DNA from: the human T2T-CHM13v2.0 reference genome, Homo sapiens | Length of the DNA: 64,000 bases | NCBI RefSeq assembly: GCF_009914755.1 | Contig: NC_060932.1 | Direction: 5' to 3' (one strand) | Shown: positions 45,688 through 64,000 of the stretch, in pieces | Numbering within the stretch: the stretch's first letter is position 1 | How the letters are laid out: each line of letters starts with the position of its first letter | Position numbers and translations under genes: made by a program | The notes under the pieces: model-generated | What the model was told of the DNA's origin: nothing | Databases searched by the model: none | The model's input: only the letters and a program-made list of their open reading frames with translations

Positions 45688-46314
45688 AGCCACTGTGCCC
45701 AGCCTCCCACCCTAACTTTCTTTACTGGTTCTAGAAAACATTCCTCAGCTCATTCCAACTTTTTTTGTTTTTTGTTTTGAGACAGCATCTCACTCTGTTG
45801 CCCAGGTCAAAGTGCAGTGGCACCAACACAACTCACTGTAACCTTGACCTCCCAGGCTTGAGCAATCCTCCCACCTCAACCTCCCAAGTAGCTGGGACTA
45901 CAGGCATATACCACACCCCACTAAGTTTTGTTGTGGTGGTGATTAATATAGGGGTCTCCCTATGTTGCCCAGGCTGGTCACAAACTCCTGGGCTTAAGCC
46001 ATCCTCTCACCTTGGCCTCCCAAAGTACTAGGATTAGAGGCATGAGCCACCATGCCTGGCCCTCCTTTTCTTTGGCCTCCAGCTGTAACAGTTGTGAGCT
46101 TAAGTAATAGACTTAAATGAGCCTGGAAGAAAAGTCAGAAACAAGTTTGGCTTTTGGCAGCAGCAGCACCCAAAAGTATTATCAGTGGCCTCTCTTGGGT
46201 AAGTGCTGAGGAGAGTGAGAGTAAGTAAACACATGGCCCCTGCCCTGTGTTGATACTCTGTGACAACATGGATGTCCATATGACAGGAGCTGATACTCTG
46301 TGACATGGTGAAAT

Positions 46315-47735
<1,421 letters not shown>

Positions 47736-48450
47736 ATTTGGTCTTCACCCTGTTTCCTGACACAGAGCTCCTAAAACACTTAGAATCTCCAGAGAGATAA
47801 CAGCATCTTTTGTGTGCTCTTGAACTCAAGAGGTAGAGGTTGCAGTGAGCTGAGATCAAGCCACTGTACTCCAACCTGAGCAACAGAGTGAGAATGTGTC
47901 TCAAACAATAATAATAATAATTTAAAAATCACTAGATTATTTATTTATACTTAGAGATGAAGCCTCACTATGTTGCCCAGGCTGGCCTCAAACTCCTGAG
48001 CTCAAGTGATTCTCCCACCCCAGCCTCTCAAATAGCTAGGACTACAGGCGCGTACGTGCCTGTGCCTTGCTTCTTTGTAATACTCTTTATAAAATACCGG
48101 GAAACCTAAGTGTTTCCCTGAGTTTTGTGAGCCACTCTAGCAAATGAATCAAACCCAAGGCCCGGGTTGTCAGAAGCACAGATCACAGGCTGTACTTTTG
48201 ACTGACATCTCAAGTGGGGGGCAGTCTTGTAGGACTGAGCCCTTAACCTGTGGGATCTTGCACTATCTCCAGGCAGACAATGTCAGAATTTGACTGAATT
48301 AGAGGACATCGAGCTGGTGTCCCCTGGAGAATCTACCTTGGCCAAATTGCTCGGTTGCTGTGTAAGGAGGAAACCTCACCCAGCTGGTGTCTGAGTGTGG
48401 AGTTGGACATGTGAGAAGAAGAAGAAGAATTTGGGTTTTTTTCCTATGTC
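47736..48450 (+). mobile_element. MER21-like LTR fragments
   Basis: CCTGACACAGAGCTCCTAAAAC; GTGTTTCCCTGAGTTTTGTGAGCCACTCTAGCAAAT; GGACTGAGCCCTTAACCTGTGGGATC. Confidence 0.7.
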
Positions 48451-48479
48451 CTTTTCTACTCAATTACAAGACTTGATAT

Positions 48480-49385
<906 letters not shown>

Positions 49386-49432
49386 CTGTTTTTTCCATAT
49401 GAATGAGTTCCTGCTCTAGAAAAAGGTAGAGG

Positions 49433-51400
<1,968 letters not shown>

Positions 51401-51630
51401 AAAATTAATTTTTATAATGTATTTTTCTTAACCCAGTATACTCAAAATATTATCAGTTCAACATACAATCAATATAGAAACAAATTATTCAGGTATTTTA
51501 CATGATTTTTTTCACACTAAGTCTTTGAAATATGGTGTGTATGTTAAACTTGTGACAGTTTGGACTGGTCACATTTGGAGTGCTCAATGTGCACCTGTAG
51601 CTGGTGGCTACTGTCTTAGCCACTGTAGGC
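51401..51630 (+). mobile_element. MER33-like hAT relic
   Basis: AACCCAGTATACTCAAAATATTATC..CTAAGTCTTTGAAAT..GTGCTCAAT..GTGGCTACTGT. Confidence 0.65.
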
Positions 51631-52154
51631 CTAAAGTTTCCCTCAAAAGTGAGACCAAACTCAACAGGTCTCCCTATCTCAGGCCTTGCCCTCCTTGGCC
51701 CATTCTGAAACTCCACTGGCTACTAGTTATCCTTCCAAAAAACAACTCAAATCATGTCATCCCCCTGCTTAAAAGATCTCTGATATCTCCTGCCCTTCTA
51801 AGACAAAGTCCAAGCACTTTGGCATAATTTGAAAAACTCAACGACCTGACCCCAATTTCCTTTTTAAAAAATTATTATATATTTTTTTAGAGATAGGGTC
51901 TCTGTCACAAAGGGTGGAGTGCAGTGGTGTGATCACAGCTCACTGGAGCCTCAAACCCCTGGGCTCAAGCATCCTCCAGCCTCAGCTTCCTGAGTAGCTG
52001 GGATTACAGGTGCACCACCCAATTTCCCTTTTAAACTGCCCTCCCCTCTTCACCCTCTTCCCCACAATATGTGCCCATAATGCTAAGAACTTCTCAAACC
52101 CAACAAGCTTTTCCATCCTCGGTCCTTCTTGCATTTTTCTCTCTCCCCTTGAAC

Positions 52155-52195
52155 ATCCATCCATCCATCCATCCATCCATCCATCCATCCATCCA
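52155..52195. repeat. (CCAT)n tetranucleotide microsatellite
   Basis: About ten CATC units. Confidence 0.97.
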
Positions 52196-52794
52196 AGGAG
52201 TACCTACTAAACCTCAGGTGGACGTTGGACTCAATTCAGGGGCTATCGGGAAACCTCTTCGACACTCTTACTCCTCTCCAACGCCCTTCCCCACCACCCA
52301 CCTCCGCGCCCCCAGCTCTAAATTTAGCTCCCAGGACGCCGCTGGTTGGTTCACTCCTCCTCCCACACCCTCTCTAAAGGCCGGGAACGGAATTGTTAGC
52401 CCCTCCACCCCCACCCCCATCAAGGTCAAGAAATTGAAGCGGGGCGGGGGGCGGTGAGCATAACTACTCAATCCCCATTTTCTCATCTGAGGAACTAAGG
52501 CACGAAACAGGGAGTGCCGAAGGGTACACCAGGCCTGATGTCCTAATGCAGAAACCGGGCCTTCCTGCAGTGGGCCGGGTCAGCTCGGATCTCCGCGCGG
52601 TCCTGAGTCGCCGCCCCCAACCCAGCCAAGGATTAATTTAGGCGAGCTATCCCGCCCGCCATCCCCATATCCGTCCCTGCCAGCGTGGCGGGGAGGGACC
52701 CCGGACGGAGGGGCAGTCGCTGCGGGGCGGCGCCAGCGCCCGTGCGGAAGAGCCCGTGAGCAGACGGGAGTGGGTCGGGGGGCGGCGGGGGATC

Positions 52795-52802
52795 CCACGT
52801 GG
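52795..52802. promoter_or_regulatory. Canonical E-box CCACGTGG (MYC/MAX-type)
   Basis: CACGTG at 52796-52801; a second CACGTG at 54242-54247. Confidence 0.7.
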
Positions 52803-52838
52803 AAGCAGCGTCCTGGAGCTGGGTGGGGCTGCGGCGCG

Positions 52839-52853
52839 GACTACAAATCCCAG
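52839..52853 (+). promoter_or_regulatory. ACTACAnnTCCCA motif (ZNF143/THAP11-HCFC1 element)
   Basis: GACTACAAATCCCAG about 130 bp upstream of the ATG. Confidence 0.75.
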
Positions 52854-52974
52854 GGGCGTGGGGCGGGAGAGGCGGAAGGGGCGTCCTGGGGCGGGGCGGG
52901 ACGGGGCGAGGCGGAGCGAGGCTGGAGGCGCGGGAGGGCAGCGAGAGGTTCGCGGGTGCAGCGCACAGGAGACC

Positions 52975-53119
52975 ATGTCCGGGGGCAGCAGCTGCAGCCA
53001 GACCCCAAGCCGGGCCATCCCCGCCACTCGCCGGGTGGTGCTCGGCGACGGCGTGCAGCTCCCGCCCGGGGACTACAGCACGACCCCCGGCGGCACGCTC
53101 TTCAGCACCACCCCGGGAG
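52975..53119 (+). CDS. EIF4EBP1: Eukaryotic translation initiation factor 4E-binding protein 1, coding exon 1 (48 codons plus 1 nt; later exons are outside the window)
   Basis: GAGACCATGT Kozak context; [49 protein letters not shown] matches the 4E-BP1 N-terminus, with RAIP (53011-53022), T37 (53083) and T46 (53110); donor GAG|GTAGGC at 53119/53120. Confidence 0.98.
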
Positions 53120-53893
53120 GTAGGCGCGGGCTTGGCGACGCCGCTTGCCGGCTCCTGGGCGGGCGGGAGGATCGGGAATCGCGGATTGGACCGGGTGTCC
53201 AGGCTCAAGGGCGCCGTGATTGGAAAGAACGGAAAAGGGGCATCGGAGAGACAGCGAGGGTCATGGAAGTGGCCGCCCGCTTCCCCTCTGAGTGCGTCTT
53301 CCAGACCCGAGTTACAAACTGCCCCGTTTGTTTCCTCTTTCTGTTAGGTGTCAGACAGCTGACACCTAACAAACACGCACGCCTCCAGGACAGCCACATG
53401 CCGAGCTGTGCTGCCCCTTGTGGGTGTTGGGGGCGCTCCCGAAGCGGGAGAGGGCGGAGTTAGGGTGGCCCACGATCCAGGAGAGGCCTGGCCTGGTGTT
53501 TTTATGGGATGGGTATTATCTGTTGGGATAAACGATTCCTGCAGGGCCCTTTTTCCTTCCCGAAGCACGCCGAGTTTTGTGTTGGACTCGCGCGCTCTGA
53601 CTGAGGTTCGGATCTGGGGGTGCTTGCCTGCTCCAGCAGCGCCTCCCGGGCACCTGTGGCACGTTCCCCATTTACGCGAGTGGGATCTCCGCGGGGGGGA
53701 CCCTGGCGCCACGGCCAGGGCTGTGCAGAAAAACACGTTCTTCTGTCCGGGGAGAGGAGGAGGCACCGTGTGACCTCCCTGGGAGAGGATGAGGAAGAGG
53801 AAGCTGAGCTGGCACGGGTGGGGGGGCCAGCCTCGGGCTGCCCTCAGGAACCTGGCATTCCCTCCCAGCCCCGGAGCCCCAGCGCACAGACGC

Positions 53894-53928
53894 TGATGAA
53901 ACCTACGCGCCTGTTTGCATGATGAAAT
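53894..53928 (+). promoter_or_regulatory. Tandem C/EBP-ATF response elements (ATF4 CAREs)
   Basis: TGATGAAAC 53894-53902 and TGATGAAAT 53920-53928 both fit TGATGxAAx. Confidence 0.8.
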
Positions 53929-55409
53929 AAATCCTCGTGGCTCTCTCCTCCCCTCTCATTGTCGCACTGCCCCCACCCCTTTTTGCTCCTCTCCCTTCAT
54001 TCTCCTCCACGCTGCTTTCCATACTACTAGAAAACGCGACAGATCCTGGCGCTTGGCTAGGTGGCGGGCGGGGGCCACATGCTTATTTTCTCAGGCAGCT
54101 GTCCCACCAGCAGCGAGCGCGGCCAGATCCGAGGTCCTCTGCTGTTTGATCCAAAACATACACTGTTAGAACGGTTAGGGATCTTGTCCAGCCCTGCCGT
54201 CTTATTCTACAGAGCCCGGCATTGAGGCCCCAGAGCTTGAACACGTGTCTGTTGCCCATTGTCACACCGTTTTCCCAGATTGGACAAGAAATAGCAACCA
54301 GGCAGAGAAGGGAGAAATGCTTCCTTTTCTATTAGAAATGAGCCAAGGAAAAGCTCGCAGGGGCTCTTGTTGCCATTCCCGACTCATCCTCTTTCCCTTG
54401 CTGGGTCTTTTGTAGTCCATGCTGTTCTCCTTTGTCTCTGTCACAATGGTCTACCAGGACAATTCCTGACAATTTTGGAGTTCTTTCAAATGAGGGTGTA
54501 AGTGTCTGCTGGATTTGTTCAGGGTGGGCCCTGAGGCCGGCCTGAAGGCGCAGGTAGCCCTTTTTTGCACTCTTTATTGCTGGATTGTTGGGTCAAATTG
54601 GAAGCCAGGATACTGTTTATAGGCACTTCTGGCCCGGGTACCAAGGTTCACACCTGTAATGCCAGCATTTTGGGGAGCCAAGGCAGGAGAATTGCTTGAG
54701 GCCAGGAGTTCAAGACCAGCCTGGGCAACATAGTGAGACTCCATCTCTACAAAGAAACAAACAAAACAACAACAAAATGTTGTCCTAGCTACTACAGAGG
54801 CTGAGGCCAGAGGATCGCTTGAGCCCAGGAGTTGGAGGCTGTAGTGAGCTATGATTGACCACTGCACTCCAGCCTGGGTGACAGAGCGAGACCCTATCTC
54901 TAAAATAAATAATAAATATAAAATATAGGAACTTCAAATCCACTTTTCACTTTGGGTTGGGAAGTGGGGAGTGGGCAGGGGGCTGACAGACCACAGCAAA
55001 TCCCCTTCCCTTTGAAGGTCTTTAGCAGTAGGGGGAGTGGGGAAGGGACTTCTGCATCAGGGCATAGCATATGTTTCTGAGATCACTGGAAGAAGCTAGC
55101 AGTGCCAGGAGCCTAAAGCCAGCTCACTGTTTGGTCGTCCAGTGGAGCAGGTACAGCTCACAGTCCCTAAGCCAGGGAAACCTGGCTGACTTCCACTAAA
55201 GTCAAGCAAGCCTGGTCGGCCTCGATTAGCCAAGGTGTGGACTCTTCCTCCAAAGCCCACCTCAGCCCACCTCTGCCAGGGCAGAGAAGCCAAAATGGTC
55301 ACATTGCAGCCAAAATGGTCACACCCTTTTGCTCCAGAGCAGAATACTGCCTCTCAGTCTTCCAGGTGCTTGAGGATAACTGGGGGCTTCATTTAAGTGC
55401 ATATTCTGA

Positions 55410-55649
<240 letters not shown>

Positions 55650-55652
55650 TAG

Positions 55653-55787
<135 letters not shown>

Positions 55788-56128
55788 TAGCTCTGACTGA
55801 TTGGTGCACATACCACACTCTGAGTACTCAGGAATTAGTGAAACATAACTTCCCTCACCTTTCAGATCTCTGGAGTCTAGCAAAAAAAAAAAAAAGATGG
55901 CTCCATCCAGGTAAACTTTGATCTCTAAATCGTGGTGTGGAGAGCCAGGCTTTTGATAGAGTGTCTGCATGGCTGTCTGCACCTGCTTACTTATAGGGAC
56001 TGTCAGCTTCTCAGGAAAAACCATTGGAGTAAGTACCCCCCAGTCACTCCTGCTGGGAATGGCCCTCAAGTGATTGTCCCTGGAGGGAAAGAAGCAGCAG
56101 TTGGGTTGCACTATCTCCATTCCTATGA

Positions 56129-56353
<225 letters not shown>

Positions 56354-57638
56354 TAGCCAGGATGGTCTCGATCTCCTGACCTCGTGATCCGCCTGCATTG
56401 GCCTCCCAAAGTACTGGGATTACAGGCGTGAGCCACTGCACCCGGCCCTTTTTTTGTTTTTTTCCTGAGACAGGGTCTCATGGTGTCACCCAGGCTGGAG
56501 TACAGTGGCACAAACATAGCTCACTGCAGTCTCAAACTCCTGGGCTCAAGTGATCCTCCTGCCTCAGCCTTGCAAGTAGCTGGGACTATAGGCACGTGCC
56601 ACCATGCCCTGCTAATTTTTTTATTTTTTTATAGAGGCAGGGTCTCTATGTATTACCCAGGCTGGCCTCAAACTCCTGGGCTCAAGCAGTCCTCCCACCT
56701 CAGCCTCCCAAACTGCTGGGATTGTAGGCATGAGTCACCTCACCTGGCCTCCAGTTTGCTTTCCATGGTCATTAACCATTTGCACACTGAGGCTCTGCTC
56801 TGAGGTTAGCTGTCCAGAGTACTTAAGATAATTTAATTGCCGAAGGGAGTGTCATGTATGAATATTTGAGTCTGTGGAGTCTTAAAAATATCCAGCGACA
56901 CCATAAACAGCTCATTAGCCAGCAGAACCTTTGAGTGGGTCAGAAAGAAACTTTCCCTCATCAATCTCCACATTCCCAGCTCCGTGTTGCATGTTTGACT
57001 CTGAAGCCTATATACAGGCTTGGATGGCAGTTGTGCCAAAGACCCGTACCTGGATAAGGTGAATCCGAGGTGAGCAGGTAGGGCTGCAGGTGTTAATGGC
57101 ACCCTGTTTGGTTAAGCAAACAAGGTCTGTGCCCAGGAAGCTTACCTTGGAGCAGCTCCCAAGTCTTTGGACATGAAACAGGCAGTGCTGGGAAGAAGGG
57201 GATGTAGGCTGGGCACCAAAGCCAGAGCACAGCCCATGTCCTGAGGCCTTAGTCACATGGAGGGAAGAAATTATTAAGGATGGGTTAAAAGAGCTTGGAC
57301 ATTAATGCAGTGAGGGAGAAACGATGGACCCTCTTCTCACATTTACCTGAGCTTCCTTTTAAAGTGTTTGAAGGAGCTGGGTGCGGTGGCTCACTCCTGT
57401 AATCCCAGCTATTAGGAAGGCTGAGACAGGAAAATTACTTGAGGCCAGGAGTTCAAGACCAGCCTGAGCAACATAGTGAGACTCTGTCGGTATAAATTAA
57501 ATAAATAAAATTTTTTAAAGTGTTGGAAGCATTCCACACTGTGTCCCTTATTAAAGATTTGGTGGGGGGTTCCTGGTGTAGAGCACTCCAAAATCCCTCC
57601 AATCCCCAGACTCCTTTTTATTATTATTATTATTTTGA

Positions 57639-57959
<321 letters not shown>

Positions 57960-57995
57960 TAACTCTGTCGCCCAGGCTAGAGTGCAGTGGCATGA

Positions 57996-58289
<294 letters not shown>

Positions 58290-58378
58290 TAGTAGAGATG
58301 GGGTTTCACCACGTTGGCCAGGCTGGTCTCGAACTCCTGACCTCGTGATCCGCCCGCCTCAGCCTCCCAAAGTGCTGA

Positions 58379-58594
<216 letters not shown>

Positions 58595-59083
58595 TGAGTC
58601 TGACCCTCTAGTTTTTTATTATTTGAAAGGAGAGGCCAGGTGCGATGGCTCACACCTGTAATCCCAGCACTTTGGGAGGCTAAGCAGATCACCTGAGGTC
58701 AGGAGTTCAAGACCAGCTTGGCCAACATGGTGAAACCCCATCTCTAATAAAAATACAAAAAAAAATTAGCCGGGCCTGGTGGCAGGCGCCTGTAATCCCA
58801 GCTACACAGGAGGCTGAGGCACGAGACTCACTCGAACGATTCTGGGTGACAAGAGTGAAACTCCGTCTCAAAGAAAAAAGAGAGAGAGTTTGATTTTTTT
58901 GCTTCCTAAAAGACCAAAAAAGTCCTTCATTGCCAAATCTGAGGAAAAAGGGTCAGCAGAGCAATACCATATTTATCCATTGACATAAAGTAGCGAGGCA
59001 TTTTCTCATATAGACCTTTATTTTCATGTTCTGGAAGATGAGTTAGGAAGGCACAGCAATATTGTTTCTTCTTTTTTTTTTAA

Positions 59084-59233
<150 letters not shown>

Positions 59234-59701
59234 TAGAGATGAGGTTTCGCCATGTTGCCCAGGCTGGCCTCAAACTCCTGAGCTCAAGTAATCCACCCGC
59301 CTTGACCTCCCAAAGTTCTGGGATTAGAGGCATGCTCCACTGTGCTTGGCCTGGGAAGGCACAGCAATATTGAAAAAAAGGAACATTGCTTTCTAAGGTG
59401 AGTTTTAAAAAAAAAAAATGTTCAGTTGTGCACATAGATTCTTGCCTGTGCCAACAAACCCATGAAAAACCTGTTTCTTTCTGGTCTGACTTAGACCCAT
59501 GCCTGGGGTCTCTCTCCATTATGATTCATAGCGAATGAATCACACGTTTTTGTTTACGTGTTTGTTCCCTAGGTTAGCCAGGAAATTTTTTCTGAGCAGT
59601 CTTACTCATCTTTGTATCCACATGACCTAATGCCAGGTCTAGTGTCTGGAAGGTGAAGAGTTGAAAAGAATGCTGGAATGAAAGCGTTCCCCTCAGGATA
59701 A

Positions 59702-59845
<144 letters not shown>

Positions 59846-60511
59846 TAGCTGGGATTACAGGCACGCACCACCACACCCAGCTAATTTTTGTATTTTTAGT
59901 AGAGACGGGGTTTACCATGTTGGCCAGGATGGTCTCAATCTCCTGACCTTGTGATCCACCCGCCTCGACCTCCCAAAATGCTGGGATTACAGGCGTGAGC
60001 TACCATGCCTGGTCAGGATAACCTAGTTTTCTTACTGTCAGGCCTGAGTCTCCGCTGGCTTAATGATGACGTTTAAATTTCCTTTTCTGTCCTTTCAGTT
60101 GCAGGGTATAAGTGTTTATCTCAGAATGTCCCAGGGGCAGAAACTAACTTTCTCTGTTTTGATGATGTTGTCTGTTTTTTGTTTGTTTGTTTTTTGAGAC
60201 AAAGTCTTACTCTGTTGCAGGTTGGAGTACAGTGGCACGATCATGCCTCACTGCAGTCTCAACCCCCTGAGCTCAGGTGATCCTTTTGCCTCAGCCTCTC
60301 CAGTAGCTGGGACTACAGGCACACACCACCACGCCTGGCTAATCTTTAAATTTTTAGTAGTGACAGAGTTTTGTCATGTTGCCCAGGCTGGTCTGGAACT
60401 CCTGGGCTCAAGAGATCCACCACCTCAGCCTCCCAAAACACTGGGATTACAGGCGTGAGCCACTGGACCAGCCAGAGAATAACCTTCTCTGAACCCTCCT
60501 ACTTATCCTCA

Positions 60512-62190
<1,679 letters not shown>

Positions 62191-62846
62191 TTAAACAGTA
62201 TTGCTGGTATTTCTTGTCCCAATATTACCGAACAGGGAGTGGATGTGACTTTTTTTCTTTTTTTTAAAAAGCAAAAACAAAAAACTTTTAACAGATAGGG
62301 CCTCACCTCTGTGGCCCAGGCTGGAGTGTCTATGGGCTGAAGTACAGTGGCGCGATCACCACTCACTGTAACTTTGAGCTCCTGGGCTCAAGCAATCTTC
62401 CTGCCTCAGCTTCCCGAGTAGCTGGGACCACAGGCACATGCTACCACACCTGGCTAATTTTTATTTTTTGTAGAGATGAGGTCTATGTTGCCCAGGCTGG
62501 TCTTGAACTCCTGGCCTCAGGCAATCCTCCTGCCTCAACCTCCCAAAGCATTGGGATTACAGATGTGAGCCACTGCATCTGGCAACTTTTTCTTACACTG
62601 AACAAGCCAGTATTGGGGCCGGGGTCTCAGACACTGTGACTGATGCTGTTTATTTACCTGTTTGCATCCAGCATTGCTGACAAGGCAAGAGTAAGTAACT
62701 GCTGCTCACTGACATTTGGGTATGCACAGCAAAGGGCTTCATGTAATCTGATGGTTATGCCCATGAAAGCTCATTAAGAGAGCTCAGATACTAGGCCCAG
62801 AGGATCAGGGCTTCTTAGGTGTGCAGGGACACTTGGTGAAAATGGT

Positions 62847-63265
62847 TGTATCAGTTAGCTATTGCTATATAACAAGCCATCCCCAAACAGTAACTAAACA
62901 GCAGCGATTTGTTATTGTTCTCCATCTTTTGGGTTCGTTGGGTTCTTTGTAGATCTTGCTGAGCTTACTCATATGGCTGCATACAGTGTACAGCTGGACT
63001 GTCCTGGGGTGGAAGCTCCAAGATGGTCTTACCCATACATCTGGGGCATTGCTGGGGACAGCTGGAAGCCTGGGAGTTCCCTCTATCCTCTTGGTCTCCC
63101 AACATTCTGATCACTCAGTAGTCTAGCTTGAGTTTTATTTACATGGTAGTTTCCAAGGCCACTTAAGGCCTAGGCTCAGAAGTCCCATAACATCACTTAC
63201 CAAGTATTCTGTCGGTCAAAGCAAGTCACAGGGCCAGCCCAGATTCAGGGAGAGGGGAAATACAT
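62847..63265 (-). mobile_element. MLT1 (H/I/J-like) MaLR LTR
   Basis: TGTATCAGTTAGCTATTGCTATATAACAA..GGTCAAAGCAAGTCACAGGGCCAGCCCAGATTCA. Confidence 0.7.
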
Positions 63266-63268
63266 GCC

Positions 63269-63300
<32 letters not shown>

Positions 63301-63525
63301 TGAGATGGAGTCTCTCTCTGTTGCCTGAGTAGCTGGGATTACAAGCGTGCACCACCATGCCCAGCTAATTTTTGTATTTTTAGTAGAGACAGGGTTTTAC
63401 CATGTTGCCCATGCTGGTCTTGAACTCCTGAGCTCAAGTGATCCGCCCGCCTCGGCCTCCCAAAGTGCTGGGATTACAGGCGTGAGCCATCGCGCCTGGC
63501 CTTTTTTGTTTGCTTGTTTGTTTGA

Positions 63526-63882
<357 letters not shown>

Positions 63883-64000
63883 TAATCCTCCACAAGGGCC
63901 AGACCTCAAAGAATGGGTCTTAGAGGGAACGTGCTGCCTGTCCTGATGTGTGGCCAGCAGAGCCAGGACCAGGTGCAGAAGCCGACTGGAATCACAACCC

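Larger units (their letters stand above)
52250..54140 (+). promoter_or_regulatory. EIF4EBP1: EIF4EBP1 CpG-island, TATA-less promoter extending into intron 1
   Basis: Very high GC and CpG density; GC boxes GGGGCGGGG at 52441-52454 and 52853-52916; surrounds the first coding exon. Confidence 0.92.

Noticed and set aside
52756-53463. 235-aa ORF implying an N-extended, intron-reading 4E-BP1
   Set aside because: Starts at a GTG in promoter sequence and runs through the GT donor; stop-poor GC-rich DNA explains the open frame; the real CDS is 52975-53119
52580-53922. Overlapping Pro/Arg/Gly-rich ORFs on both strands
   Set aside because: Expected artefact of a CpG island; no recognisable domains

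Overview
Human (primate) genomic DNA, with no prokaryotic features. The only protein-coding feature is the 5' end of EIF4EBP1 (4E-BP1, + strand): a CpG-island promoter, coding exon 1 (52975-53119, [16 protein letters not shown]...STTPGG) and about 11 kb of intron 1. The gene's known location is 8p11.23. The preceding ~52 kb is repeat-dense intergenic DNA, with on the order of 100 Alu copies or fragments (eye estimate). It also holds an RPL12 processed pseudogene nested in Tigger3b, a 3'-truncated HERV-H provirus, a solo LTR7 inside an Alu, a two-LTR MER4-group provirus, and many MaLR, ERV1 and ERVK LTRs, L1/MIR pieces and DNA-transposon relics. Nearly all ORFs in the track are Alu or low-complexity artefacts. 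I see no new gene system. The most interesting items are a back-to-back LTR7 pair whose EIF4EBP1-facing copy lost its poly(A) signal and gained a better splice donor, a Phe-like PBS on the HERV-H, a near-intact AluYa5, a CTCF-like site, tandem ATF4 elements in intron 1, and several template-switch scars. Repeat subfamily names come from recalled consensus sequences and need RepeatMasker/Dfam confirmation.
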